DNA from: Octopus bimaculoides
Lineage: Eukaryota
Direction: 5' to 3'
DNA length: 64,000 nt
Assembly (NCBI RefSeq): GCF_001194135.2
Contig: NC_068990.1
Location: 61,543,666 to 61,607,665, forward strand
Numbering within the stretch: position 1 is the first letter of the stretch; each line of letters begins with the position of its first letter. The notes under the pieces were generated by a model. It saw nothing but the letters and a program-made list of their open reading frames with translations. It did not search any database and was not told the DNA's origin. Both the position numbers and the translations under genes were made by a program. This document shows positions 24,845-38,421 of this stretch, in pieces.

Positions 24845-25491
24845 NNNNNNNNNNNNNNNNNNNNNNNNNNNNNNNNNNNNNNNNNNNNNNNNNNNNNNNN
24901 NNNNNNNNNNNNNNNNNNNNNNNNNNNNNNNNNNNNNNNNNNNNNNAAAAAAAAAAAAAAAAGAAGAAGATAAAGAAGAGAGGTGTTAAAAGGTTTGAAA
25001 ATGTTCCACAATAAGATTCTGAGCTGATACATTATAAGAACAAACAGTAAAACAAAGACACTTAAGTAAATTGCTTACAATGCATACAGAGTCAAGTTTA
25101 TAAACTTCTGCTTGAAAAGTAAGCCAGCTCTCAGTATTAGTCCACTCAAGCAGGTATAGAAATCACATTGTCAACTGCTAGATTCTACAAGAATTCTCAT
25201 ATAATTTTGACAGCATCGAAGCAGTTATTCGGTACACTTGTAATAATATAGCAAACAAAATAAATTTCTGCTACTTGTTTCTTTCAGGCAATCAGGCAAG
25301 CAGCACTTCTGTTTTTTTTTTTTTTTTTCAAGAATTTAGGGGTTAAGGGGGCCCATTTCATGGTATGTTATTCAACTGAACTAAAACGAAAATTAAATAG
25401 TTCTTTTTCAGGGAAAGAATTCCACTGAAATTATCATTGCCTAAATATCTCACCAACTCATTTTGTAGAATTTAATTAACTGACATGCAAT

Positions 25492-25545
<54 letters not shown>

Positions 25546-25857
25546 ATGTGTATAAATCCGTATATATGTATNNNNNNNNNNNNNNNNNNNNNNNNNNNNN
25601 NNNNNNNNNNNNNNNNNNNNNNNNNNNNNNNNNNNNNNNNNNNNNNNNNNNNNNNNNTCTGTGTTCAGTTATAATAACAACTATTTTACATTAATCTGAT
25701 GGTTTACTCTGTACTGCTGTAAAGTAAAAAAAAACTTATTATTATTAAACAAGAATATTGTTGAAAGTGACTACAAAGTTTTGAGTAGCTAAGCCATTGT
25801 TGGACTACCCATCAATGACTTAGCCAGTTGAAACTTCAAAATCATTGTGAATATGAC

Positions 25858-25899
<42 letters not shown>

Positions 25900-26044
25900 T
25901 TCTTTTGTGTCTGGAGAGAGTCATTCTCTTTTTGTGCCTTATAATTTAACACACTCACTGGTAAAATTTCCACTTATTTCATTTTCATTTTTCTAAAATT
26001 TTCATTGCATCTTGCAACCTTTTCAATAGTTTTTACTTTGTCCA

Positions 26045-26337
26045 TTATTTACACTGCGTTCTTCTTTGTTTGTTTGTGTGCATGTGTGTGTGCATACACT
26101 TAAAATGAACCAGACCACTCTCAAAAATTAAGTAAAAAAACAGGAAAAATAATCCAGAATCCTTGTCCGGTACCAGATCAATCCCAAAATCTAATACGTT
26201 CGTGCCAGTCACGAGGCTAAACATCCCTGAAAGTTTCATCCTATTCCATCCAGCAGTTCTTGAGATATCTTGTCCACGGAAAACAAACAATCGCGACTGA
26301 AAACAATACTTCCGCCTTCGCTAAGGCGGAGGTAATA
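26045..26337. mobile_element. Non-autonomous DNA element with a terminal GC hairpin (Helentron/HINE- or Crypton-like; class uncertain)
   Basis: 12-bp hairpin TACTTCCGCCTT-cgct-AAGGCGGAGGTA at 26307-26334; CpG-rich, no ORF, microsatellite near the other end. Confidence 0.5.
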
Positions 26338-26377
26338 AAGATAGTCACAATAATGATGATGATGGTGATGATGATGT

Positions 26378-26430
<53 letters not shown>

Positions 26431-26929
26431 GTGATGATGATTATAATGATGATGATCTCTTTTACTGGTTATGGGGGCCCAACATATTGAGTTCAGTACA
26501 AAGATGAAAAAGGAATGCACAAAAATATGATTTACACTGACAAAAAAGAAGTATTAAATAATTTAACAATAAAGAATTACATGAGAAGTCCCTCATAGAG
26601 TGGAAGAGCAGCTAAATTTATTTGAAGGAAACTCTATCTAAAAGCCCAGAGTAATCTGTCGCATCTGAAGCATCAAAAGTGCTTCCTCTCTGTTTTCTGC
26701 CTCTTGTTTGAAAAAACACACTCGGAATAGGTTCATTCAGTCTTGCCAATCTTGCCAGTCATCCCAGTCTTGCTACTCTCACCCACCTTTCATTGAACAC
26801 ACTAAAAGGCAGCACCTCCCACTTTACCCCCACCTTCCTCTTTAATGTGGTACTTGAAGAAGTTGGTACAAACTTTGCCAAAGAAGAAAAGAAACTACCT
26901 TTGTTAGATTTTGTTGCAATAACTAAAGA

Positions 26930-27480
26930 GAACTACAGAGTACAGAAGCAATAAGCCATTTAGAAGAGGCTCATCGATTTCAACTGACGAAGTGGTAGAC
27001 ATGCTGAGCCGTTGTGTGAAGCATAGATCGTTGAGACTGGTTAGTCTGCCCTAAAGACTCTATTTTCACATACCATTCTTATTTGTTTCTGTTTCAGTAC
27101 ATCTACTGCAGCTAACAGCTAACTAGAAGAGTTAGTTAAGAAGTGGCGGTGGCAATAGGAATGAACGTGAGCAAGGAAGACATGATTCATAATTTCACGT
27201 CCATTAATCTGCTCAACACAAAGTTTAAAATGTTGGCAAAAGTGATCACCAAGAGATCATCCACAGTATGTTCGAGGCAAAACAAAGGTGTGTTATCTAT
27301 CCACTCAGATCTATCCATGGCAACGTTATGCAATACATCATAAAGCAGGGTTGAGAATAGATCTGACTTCGAAAGGGTGACAAACAGGTCCATCATATCA
27401 TTTCTTTTGCATAATCACCAAGAGGAAGAAGATTAGCTGCCTTCCTCTGCCAAAGGAAGGAAGGAGGTGCGTTAAATCTC
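26930..27480 (+). mobile_element. Decayed Tx1/L1-clade LINE reverse transcriptase fragment
   Basis: TDEVVDMLSRCVKHRSLRLVSLP (cf. EEV..AL..GKSPG.DGLP), NFTSINLLNTKFKMLAKVITKR (cf. RPITLLN.DYKILAK) and an LP..EGG-like segment. Confidence 0.7.
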
Positions 27481-27959
27481 ACAACAGACTTGGCTGATAA
27501 CTAAATTCGATCTACAGACGTCAGCAGCTGTTGGATACAAGCTAACAAATTGGAAATGCAAGGACGATAATGGAAACAAATTGGAAATGCATTGGATGAT
27601 AATGTGCAGGACTGTTCCACCGATCAACACTCTTCTTAGACAGGTTTGGCCGCTGGGCACTTCTTGTCTTGAACAGGTAATACTCCTCTGTATTTCATCT
27701 GTTTCAAGAGTCTGTATATGCCTCAACTTGAAAGGTCTCCAGAAGAGACTGTTTAGGCCATTCTCATTGATGCTCTGAGCCATTTTAGACAATCGTCATT
27801 CATACCTTCCACTAATTCTCTATAGAATATGAGAGTTTTTTTTATCATTAATGGTGTTATCTAGTTGGTAGGTGGCTGTAAGCACCTGGCAATATTCTAA
27901 ATACCTTAAGATCGACTTCAGTCTAAGCTGAACTAACCTAAGATTGCAGTTAGGTCAAA

Positions 27960-28700
27960 GGTACAAGCAGCAGAAAGATGTGTCAAATGAAGCACGCACT
28001 AACTAGTTCATTTTCGTTGTCATCATCATAGTTGGAGTAGTCCAACTATTTCTGCAGATGTATAAGCTCTAGTTTGTGCCATGGTGGTGACGGGATCCTT
28101 AGAGCATCACGAAGTGGTTGTTGGTATCAGAAGGATTTCCTGTCTGTTAGAATCTGCTCCTTCCACATGAAGCAGTAAAGCATATATTCCAATCAGGTCA
28201 GATGTTTCTTGGGACAAGGTACGATGCTTAGGTGGTAGTACACTACAGAGGTTACGTAGATGTTATTGACTTCCATGTCATCTTTCAAGCCCATTTCTTC
28301 TTGGTTCATTGCTCACAAACTCTTTCCATTTCTTATCAACCTGAAGGTCCGTTCCGAACCAATATCGAACACCTTAATTGGGGCCTCAGCCAGCAACAAT
28401 TTTCTTTGGTTAGCATGAATTTGCCACTCCAGGAACCGAGTTTCAAACCACCCCACAACTTCTTGTCTCAGTTGATGTGTGCTCCTGTGCAACTTTGGTA
28501 TTCTTCTAGTATGGTATCGGCCGCTTTTGTTTTTGAAGTATGTGACACCATGACAGTGAGATCATCCTCATATACTAATTTGGCTTTCCTGAGATGTAGT
28601 TGATGTAGTTTGAGTGGGAAGCCTTTCAAAGTTCTCATTCTTTGCAGCAAAGAATGGCTCTTATGCTAAAAGTGACAGATGAGGGAACAAAAGGCTTTTG
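27960..28700 (-). mobile_element. Decayed Tx1/L1-clade LINE RT fragment, opposite orientation
   Basis: LVYEDDLTVMVS..LEEYQSCTGAHIN (YADD motif and GAKIN), followed by decayed thumb-region segments. Confidence 0.72.
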
Positions 28701-28949
28701 ATACCAAGTGATTCTGAGGGGTGACCGTTTTGTTTGACCAACAAACAGACGCTGCTGTAGATTGTAGTAATCTAGCTTCTGAAGACTGGACTGAAATCAG
28801 CTGCACCTAGGAACAGATGCCAGACAGTGATGATCGAACCTTTTAGATTTATCCCAAATAACCAGTGCCCTATCAAAATCAGATCTATTCCTGACGCCAC
28901 TCTAAGATGTACTGCATGAGGTTGTGAGTTGACCTGATCTTTCTTAAAT

Positions 28950-29620
28950 CACACATTCTTCTTTAGCTGCCATGTCCAGAATGTAGGACATAGGTGATCA
29001 TGTCCAGCCACAATTCTCTCTTCTTTGTTTTCTGTAACAGTTCCACTTCCTGATGCTGAGTGCATCTTTCTTCCAACCATTTCATCCTTCTCCTTCTTCT
29101 GTTTCTTTTCCCTTCAAATTTTCCAGTCATTGCTAAATTCTCCAGCCCCTCTTTCCTCATCATATGACCAAGAAATCTCAGTTGCTTGGCTCTTATCTTA
29201 TAAAGCAGTTCCCCTATTTACCACAGCCCAGTCTAACACTTCTTCATTAGACACTTCGTCCATGTTATACTCAATATCCTTCTTAAGAACCACATTTCAC
29301 AGTTCTCCAAGCACCGTCTCATTTCTGATGTTATAGACCATGTTTCACTTCCATACATTAACACAGGGTAGACATAGCAGTTCAATAAACAGATCCTAGT
29401 CTTCATGCTCAGAGTACAGTTTCTCACGATGTTATACAATTTTGAGAAGGCAGATTTTGCCAGCACTATTCGTCTTTTGATCTCCTTCATATATCTTGTC
29501 TTCTGTGATCAAAGTTCCAAGGTGGGTGAAGGATAATACCTGCTTAATGATTTGATTGTTCACTTTCAGCTTGCATTTTAGGCTTCCCTTCTTTGTCCCC
29601 ACCATACAGTCTTTAAAAAT
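28950..29620 (-). mobile_element. RTE-clade LINE 3' fragment
   Basis: KQVLSFTHLGTLIT; EIKRRIVLAKSAF..YVYPVLMYGSETW..CEMWFLRRILSITW; RKEGLENLAMTGKFEGKRNRRRRRMKWL. Confidence 0.88.
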
Positions 29621-31242
29621 GGTAAAAAGCATTAAGCAAAATAATCCATGATATATGAAAAGGAAAGACAAGATAGCACATCAGGTGTCCATTTGGTCAT
29701 AGGTTTGTTTGATCAGAGTTGTCCTTGTAATCAACAACGTCAACAACAATGGGTATTGACAGGGATCAAATCTAGGGGGATCAAGCAATCTTATAATCAT
29801 AACCTCCCTTACCCTCCCCCTAAATATTTTATTTCTGCCAATCTAAGTTTTATTTGTTATATCTAGTGAAAAAAAGATAGATTTAAGTTATTACTTGGGT
29901 TAGTTGAGTAAGAAAGTGTTTTCTTTGTTTTCTGGTCATTTTTTAAATGCAAACTTTCTCAGATTTGCTCATTTCTCTTAATTGTTTTCATGTTGACTCA
30001 GAGTAAACTTTCTTCTCATAAGATTTAGTTTCAAAAAATATTGTCAAAAAACAAGTTTATTGGCAGCAGGAATAAGACGAGTTTTTGTTTTGTTTTTTTG
30101 TTCTTTTTTTACCCCAGATGTAATAGATATAATTTTATCACATTTTTATTTGAAATTCAAATGAATTTTTTTTTTTTTTCTTATAAGAAAATTTGTTAAA
30201 ATGGTAAAAATTCATAGTTGTCTACAGAATTACTGAAATCTCTAAATATCAAATCTAATGATTCAAATCTTTTAGCAATATCAAAATTTTGAGGAATTTT
30301 GTCATAGATGTTAGCTTTTGTTATCTCTGTATTTCCAACTGAGACTATTGTATGGCTCTTCCTTTTATTTAGCAAGCTGTTGTTGTAAACTGCTAAAGAA
30401 ATGTTGTCACACCAATCAAATCGTTGACTAATTATTCCTTTCAATAATTTTAGACTACAACAGTCAGGTCTTCTGACTGCAGACTATCTTTCTCTCCCTC
30501 CATCCTCTCTCTTTCCCTTTCTCTCTGCTTCTTTTTCAATTTGTAATAAATTGTCTAAAAGTAATATTCAAGAGGAAGAAATGATTTTTAGATTTGTTGA
30601 AAAAAAAGTATAAAAGGAAAACAAATTTAAGTTAATAGAAATAACTTTCTTATTTTCTTTCCTGTTTTTTCTTGTTTGTTGTTTTTCAAAATAACTATAA
30701 TAACATAAATAAATTCCTCCAATGTGTCTTCATTAGGTTGCTTTATTGACTAGGAAAAAAATGCCAATCTTTGGAAGTCTATATACAAATTGTATTTATA
30801 AAAATGTTTTTATTAAACAGAAAAATGTGAGACTAAAAACTGATCAGGATGAGAATATTTGAAGTGATGAGTGAATATTTCTTTGTCAGATATGAAGATT
30901 AATAAAAAGAATTCAACAATGACTTGTTAGTTTTCAATAGGTTGCATTTTTTCTTGTCTTTTTATATACTTTTACTACCTTTTTATCAATAATTTTTTTT
31001 TTGTAGTTTTGAGTTTCAGTTTAACTTACATTCCATAAAGGTTTTGTAGTAAACAAATGTTACACAAAAAGCTAGAAACTTGGTGACTCTTTTGCAAAAG
31101 GTTTTGCTTCATGTTATTCCTTCTCAAGCCATTCTGTTGCTTTTTTCAAATTGCGTCTTCCTAACTTTAAGTTAAGAAGTTAAGTCGCCATAAGCAACTT
31201 TGCAGTAAATTTTTATCTTCATTTTCAATCATTATTATTATA

Positions 31243-31287
<45 letters not shown>

Positions 31288-31500
31288 AAGACAGTGAGCT
31301 GACGCAATCATTAGCATTCTGGATGAAATGCTTAGTAGTATTTCGGCCATCGCTACGTTCTGAGTTCAAATTCCGCCGAGGTTGACTTTGCCTTTCATCC
31401 TTTCAGGGTTGATAAATTAAGTACCAATGAAACACTTGAGTTGATGTAATCGACTAGTCCCCTCCCCCAAAGTGGCTGCCCTTGTGGAAAAAGCTGAAGC

Positions 31501-31591
<91 letters not shown>

Positions 31592-31800
31592 GAGCTGGCA
31601 GAAACGTTAGCAAGCCGGGCGAAATGCTTAGTGGTATTTCGTCTGTCTTTACGTTCTGAGTTCAAATTCTGCCTAGGTTGACTTAGCCTTTCATCCTTAT
31701 GGGGGTCGATAAAATAAGTACCAGTTGCGTACTGGGGTCGATCTAATCGACTGGCCCAGACCCCCAAAATTTCGGGCCTTGTGCCTAGAGTAGAAAAGAT
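31288..31800 (+). mobile_element. Two tandem family B SINEs (31288-31500, 31591-31800) separated and flanked by (ATT)n
   Basis: Both have the gagctg..ttagc head and gactttgcctttcatcc domain; (ATT)n at 31230-31285, 31501-31590 and 31800-31915. Confidence 0.85.
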
Positions 31801-31856
31801 TATTATTATTATGATTATTATTATTATTATTATTATTATTGTTGTTGTTGTTGTTG

Positions 31857-31916
<60 letters not shown>

Positions 31917-33018
31917 GGAGAGTTTAAAGAATTATTAGCATGTCAGACCAAACACTTAGAGGCATTTTGTCCAGCTTTGCATTCTGAGTTCATGTTTTTC
32001 CTTCAGATGTGGATCTGCAGTAGTTTATATAGAACATTAACTGTCACCTCAATATTTCCTGTTGAGAAGGGCCTACAAGGGCCATGATCTCAGCCTCTCC
32101 TATAGACTCAGCAATTAAGAAATTAAATAAATAAAATAAGGCTACCTCTGAAGTGGTAAAAAGACATACTCCTCACAGTGAGAGGAGCAGTGATGTAAGG
32201 AAACATGCTACCAAACAAAAATGCACAATTGAAGATACAAAAGCACAATAGTTAAGGAAACAATAATTTTAATGAAAAAACAAGAAAAATTATGACATCA
32301 CGAACAACAATAGTAGTATACCATCATTGTATACCAAAAAATATTGCTTGACTTGAATTAATTCAAGTAAACAGTGAAAGAGTGGGTGAGGCATATTCCA
32401 AAGGAAGGTGCCTTCTTTCTGATGAATTTGTGAGAAGTGACATTCCTCTGTTATTCAAAAGTAAGATAAAGTTTCTATATGCTCTCAGTGAAAGAGTTAG
32501 AGAAGACTCTGACTAATGTGTGATGGGACATGTATTCTATTCATTGGGCAGAGCATATCAAAATGTATACCATGTACTTAAGGCTAAGAGCAAGGTGAGA
32601 AGACAAACTGAACTCTATGCTACACATTTGCTTACATGTTAGTGTTAGTGTATATGATTCTTAGGAAAATAAAAGTTATGGCTTGCAGTATTTGTATGAG
32701 TGTAGACGTTTGGGCTGTTTTCAACTTTGTCCAACATTATGAGGGTATGGTGAATACACAGTGACCAGAAACAATATGGTGTCGGATAAAGGCCTGTATG
32801 GACATCCAGTAAAATCAGACAGACATCTTTCTTTTCTTTTTCATTTGTTAAACAGAACATGTTGTCATATGTACTCTTTTGGCCAATCTGAAACTTATTG
32901 TCTTTTCAGTTATTTTAGGGCTTTCTTAAGCAGGTCAAAAATGTTTTCTATTCTCTTGGCTCATTCACTAGACATCAGACCAAACATGTCTATTCTTCTT
33001 GAACAGGCACTTATAACT

Positions 33019-33122
<104 letters not shown>

Positions 33123-34644
33123 TTATGCATGCTCTTTCATTGTGCAAGTAAACCTTTTTTCTTTCCATTCCAACCTCAAAAGAATAGAATTGACTATCTG
33201 AAATCATAATGTACTTAAGACTGAATGAGAAACCATTTTCCCAACAGAATAACTTCTACCAGTTTAAAAACAAGCCATTTATGTTTATTTTTTACTTCTG
33301 TGAATTATCTAACTGTACACATTTGACTTAAGAACACAAAATATTTCCAGAGGTACAAATATTTGCAACACACATTATTCAATTAACTTTCTAAGACACT
33401 AATGTGTGTGTGTATGTGTGTGGGTACAATTTCATAATGCATTCTATAATATAAATATGCTTATTAATACACACACTCACACACACACACGTGCACACAC
33501 ATATGCATTTATGTAAACTTTACCTTAATTAATGTCATAAATTAAGGTAGTATGTTACATTGGCCATGTTAATTATTATATTCTGTTTTAACCTGTATTC
33601 TTAAACAATGGACCATGAAGTTATTATTGCTTCATCCAACCAATAAGATTGAAAAAGATGTATTTTTCTCACCAATTAGGAAATACATATAATTCATTCT
33701 TGTCATGTGTATGAACGATATTTTCTTAACCCTCTCGGGACACTGAGGCTGATTGATCAGCCCAAGTGATACAAGCTGGAAGGACTTTGAATCTGATCCA
33801 TTGGCCCAATGAAATAAACATTGTGGATGGTTGGTTTTGAAGTGTAATAGCCAATCAGAAATCATCTTCCAGTACATATTTTTTTTTTTTGCTTTTTTAC
33901 AGAAACTTTTTGTTTATTTTATTTATTTACATGTATTGAGTTGTTTTAGGTTTTCTTATTGTGATAAATGTATTGCTCTGTTTATAAGCTTTCATAATAT
34001 ATATAGTTTTATATACTAATAAAATAATTTTAGGCACTTTATCCTTTGTTTTCTACATGCACCCATTAATTTCAATCTCAACAGAAAAAAAATCTTAGTC
34101 TTTTTGGCTACACATACCAAAACACCATGTGTCTCAAAAGAGTTAAACAGTCTATCATTGGAGTTCTCAATAAAATCTTTTAGTTTACGCCACTCTTCTG
34201 AACAGACAGCTTTTGAATTACCTTTCTTTCTATGTTTGCTGCCACCGAACTTTCCATCCTGAACTAGTTGTGATGTTTTACTCATGGTACTCTTATCTTG
34301 GCACAGTTCCAAAATTGTTTTGTGATTTCGTAGAATAACAAGAATTTGTGTATGTCTTCAGAGACTCTTACTTGACCACATGTCACCTAAAAGTCACATC
34401 ATTCCTGATCACCTGTTCATATTGTGTTATGAAGATGACCACAACCAAGGTTTAAATATGTCACCTCTGTCTTTCATATTTGTGTTCTTTCATCTCAAAT
34501 TCTGCAAGTTTAGTTTTGAATCAGATAGATGACACATTATCTTTGCTTATCCATAGTTTACCTTTTTTAGCTTTCAGGTTACTCTGTTATTCTGTTCAAT
34601 GTAATGTTCTTTTATTCATATTGTTTTGAATTAATCATGCACTT

Positions 34645-35200
34645 TAGGCACTGGAGTGACTATGTGGTAAGTAGCTTGCTTACCAACCACATGGTTCCAG
34701 GTTCAGTCCCACTGCATGGCACCTTGGACAAGTGTCTTCTACTATAGCCTAGGACTGACCAAAGCTTTGTAAGTGAATTTGGTAGATGGAAACTGAAAGA
34801 AACCCATTGAATATATATATATATAGGCACAGGAGTGAGTGGCAGTGTGGTAAGTAGCTTGCTTACCAATGACATGGTTCTGGGTTCAGTCCCACTGTGT
34901 GGCACCTTGGGCAAGTGTCTTCTACTATAGCTTCGGACCAACCAAAGCCTTGTGAGTGGATTTGGTAGACGGAAACTAAAAGAAACCTGTCATATATATG
35001 TATGTGTGTGTGTTTGTCACCCAACATCGCTTGACAACTGATGCTGGTGCGTTAATGTCCCCGTAACTTAGCAGTTCGGCATTAGATACCGATAGAATAA
35101 GTACTAGGCTTGCAAAGAATAAGTCCTGGGGTCAATTTCTTTGACTAAAGGCTGTGCTCCATCATGATTGCAGTCAAATGACTGAAACAAGTAAAAGAGT
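34645..35200 (+). mobile_element. Family A SINE head (34645-34810) followed by a full-length copy (34838-35200)
   Basis: Two consecutive heads with ggttcagtcccactg..ccttgg(a/g)caagtgtcttctactatagc. Confidence 0.85.
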
Positions 35201-35212
35201 AAAGGGTATATA

Positions 35213-35763
35213 CAGAGTTATTCAAAATGAATGAACTGATTTCATTATGCAATATTTTAACAAGGAAAACCAATAGAAAACTCCAGTTAAGTCACAAGTA
35301 TTTACTCATGACCAACTTTTATTTCCTGTCATACAAGTGTTCAATGTGGCCACCACCTGCAGCATAGCCAACATCAATGTGATAAGAGAATTCCTCCCAG
35401 ACGTGTATCAGCATATCATGATCTACTGAGATGATCACTGTTGTTATTAGATGCTTAAGGTCATCGAGGTTAGTGGGTAGCGGTGGAACATAAACACAAT
35501 CCACTGACTTCCATGACCTTAAACATTGAATAACAACAGCAATCAACTCAGTGGACCATGATATGCTGATACGCGTCTGGGAGGAATTCTCTTATCACAT
35601 TGACATTGCCCATGCTGCAGGTGGTGGCCACATTGAACATTTGTAAGACAGGAAATAAAAGTTAATTGTGAGTAAATAGTTATGACTTAACTGGAGTTTT
35701 CTATTGCTTTTCCTTATTAAAATATTGTGTAATGAAATCGGTTCATTCTGTTTGAATAACCCT

Positions 35764-35764
<1 letters not shown>
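35213..35764. mobile_element. Tc1/mariner-derived fold-back element: two inverted copies of a transposon 3' end
   Basis: Termini TA-cagagttattcaaa ... tttgaataaccctg; arms of about 250 bp (35213-35463 and 35512-35764); minus strand encodes VYVPPLPTNLDDLKHLIT..WEEFSYHID..GGGHIEHL. Confidence 0.88.
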
Positions 35765-35799
<35 letters not shown>

Positions 35800-35864
35800 N
35801 NNNNNNNNNNNNNNNNNNNNNNNNNNNNNNNNNNNNNNNNNNNNATATGTATGTATGTATGTAT

Positions 35865-36050
35865 GTACATGTTTGTGTGTCTGTGTTTGTCCCCTCACGA
35901 TCGCTTGACAGCTGATGTTGTGTTTACGTTCATGTAGCTTAGTGGTTCGGTTAAAGAGACCAATAGAATAAGTACTAGGCTGACAAAGAATAAGTCCTAG
36001 GATCAATTTATTTGACTAAAGATGGTGCTCCAGCAAATGACTGAAACTAA
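35865..36050 (+). mobile_element. Family A SINE 3' half
   Basis: cgatcgcttgacagctgatg..gagaccaatagaataagtactaggc..gactaaagatggtgctccagc. Confidence 0.75.
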
Positions 36051-37186
36051 TATTTAAAAAATAGAATATCTTGATGCTTCAAGATTTCAATGATGCCATT
36101 ATTTATTTTCAAAATGACATTACAAGGTAAGTGTGAGATGCTAGATCTGACCAGTCTGAGCATAAAACAAATTGAATATTTGAACCAGATATGACCAGTT
36201 TAAATTCTAAAGGGTTAAAACATAAAAACAACACCTAGTGCTAAACAATGTCTGATGATGGTCTCACTCAAAATAGTAATGGCTGCTTCTAATTGTTCTT
36301 TGGCTGACACAAGGAAGGCCTCTATCACTTTGACAATGCACAGCTAGGTCACCTTCATTTCTTTCTCACACTTGACTGACAACTTTGGATAGAAAAGAAC
36401 CAGTTTTTCTTACATGTTTCTGTCAGGTATTTCGTCTGAATGTTGCCTAACTAGAGATTGTCTGTTTGAAGTTATGTGAGCAAAAGACAAAATATGTTCT
36501 CCACTCAAATTTCTATCAATATTTTCAATTGACAAAGATGGTGTTGGTGAGTATTTGTGTAAGTACTGTTGTTGCTGTTGTTTCATTGCCAAAAGTCACT
36601 ATAATTGTTCAAAATAGTGCTATTGTTGATAGCAAGACATTTTTCTTTACAAACATGTGTCTTGCTGTGTTTGTCTTGCATTGTTTGTCTTGGTTTTGTT
36701 TAGTTTGTGTGTGGTACACTTTGTTTCCATCTTTTACTTTGGTGGGATGCTGCTATCTCTTGTAGCCATTTTGTAAAGGTAAACAAATTAAAGAAAAAAG
36801 CATAAATTGTCCAGAGACAAACCTTATATTTTTTTCCTTCTGGATTTTGCATGGACAATGTGTTGGTGACACATAAAATGCATCAGGGCTGGTGTCATGT
36901 AAAAAGCACATAAACACACCAACACCAGTTATTAAACAGTGGTGGGAGACAGACACAGATGCAAAGTCACACACACATATATGCATGTGTGTGTGTGTGT
37001 GTGTGTGTATGTGTGTGTGTGTGTGTATGTGTGTGTGTGCTTGAATATGTATATATATATATTTAAATTTTTAAAACAGGGTAAAAATTAAATATTAATT
37101 TTTTACCAGTGGCCTGCATGAGTAAAAATGTCCATAGACTGCAAATATTATTATATTATATGTGTGTATAAGAGTTATATACACAC

Positions 37187-37218
<32 letters not shown>

Positions 37219-37221
<3 letters not shown>

Positions 37222-38387
37222 GGTGCAGTGAATTAATTGATGTCTAGATTATGTAAAAATGAAAATAACACTGACATCTCATTTTAACAGATATATTAAC
37301 CAAAATTGCATAAAAATATCTTGAATTACTAAAGACCAAATTTATTCAATAAAATCGCCATTAGCTTCAATTGCGGCCTCCAGACGGCTTCACAATCTCC
37401 TGCAGCTCTTCTAGACCGTCTCTTTGTTTAAGTTGGTGAATACTGTCATACCCCTTGCCTTCAGTTCATCTTTGGTGTTACAAGGAGTTTTGTTGGTCTC
37501 TCACTCAACTGCACCCAACACATAATAATCAAGGGGGTTGCTGTCTGGGGAGTTAGGTGGCCAGATGTTAGGGGTTGCAAAAATTGTCTGACAGCCATGA
37601 CTGGGTTCTCCTGCTTGTGTGGCATCGTGCAGAGTCCTGTCGCCAGACATAGAGTCTTCCAGCAGCCACCTTCTTGACCCAGGGCAGCACTACCTCCCCC
37701 ATGCACTTGATGTAGGCCTCCATGTTGAGTGTGAGGCTGTGTGGGATGATGAATGAATGGAGGTATAATGTTGCCATCACTAGTGATCACTTCAAACACC
37801 ATGATGTTGACTGGATGTTTGATTTTTATCACATCACTCTCAATACATGTTTTGGAGACATGGTAAGCCAATAGTTGTTCTGTGAGTAAACCATCTGATC
37901 CTGGTAGAAATTTCTCTGGTTTGAGAGAAACCAAAGCAAGTTTGGTTGGAGGGGCTACTTGAGTTTGTTTAAAAGCTTTGTTGTGCAGTCTTTCTTCTTG
38001 TCCTTGATGGCTTTGGATAAAAATTGGCCCTTTCTCATCTTGTATGAGGAATACCAAATGTCTTCATGCTCTACCTGCCTGATCAGAAACTCAGACACTT
38101 CCATATCCCTATCAATGGACCTGATTGATTGGAAGGACTGTTGTCAATCATGGCCTGGATCTCACCAACAAATTCAGGAGTAGTTCTTTACACATCAGAA
38201 TGATCAGAGTGAGTTTTCTGAGCTGCTGTACCTTCATAATCACCATCAGACTCATCCAATTATTTCCGAATTCTCTGCACCATCCTCAGATTGACACCTA
38301 AACACTCTGAAATGTTAGTATTAGAGCTTCCAGCACATGCACGAAATAAAAAATATGAAATGGCAACAATTTACCCATCACAGCCTG
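37219..38387 (-). pseudogene. Tc1/mariner superfamily transposon (DDxD, probably maT/DD37D-like) with a decayed transposase
   Basis: TA-flanked imperfect TIRs cagggtgcagtgaattaattg / caatttacccatcacagcctg; peptides HPVNIMVFEVITSDG, YVWRQDSARCHTS, WPPNSPDSNPLDYYV, SRLEAAIEANGDFIE*; frameshifts. Confidence 0.9.

Positions 38388-38421
<34 letters not shown>

Noticed and set aside
30196-30480. ~95-codon open frame on - (…ANIYDKIPQNFDIAKRF…)
   Set aside because: No ATG; the upstream is purine-rich (no acceptor); no recognisable domain.
31105-31165. Possible minus-strand terminal mini-exon LGRRNLKKATEWLEKE*
   Set aside because: Weak AAG acceptor, only 16 codons, no supporting neighbours.
34016-34312. 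98-aa minus ORF vaguely like an IS630/Tc1 N-terminal HTH
   Set aside because: No TIRs or catalytic motifs found; similarity is impressionistic.
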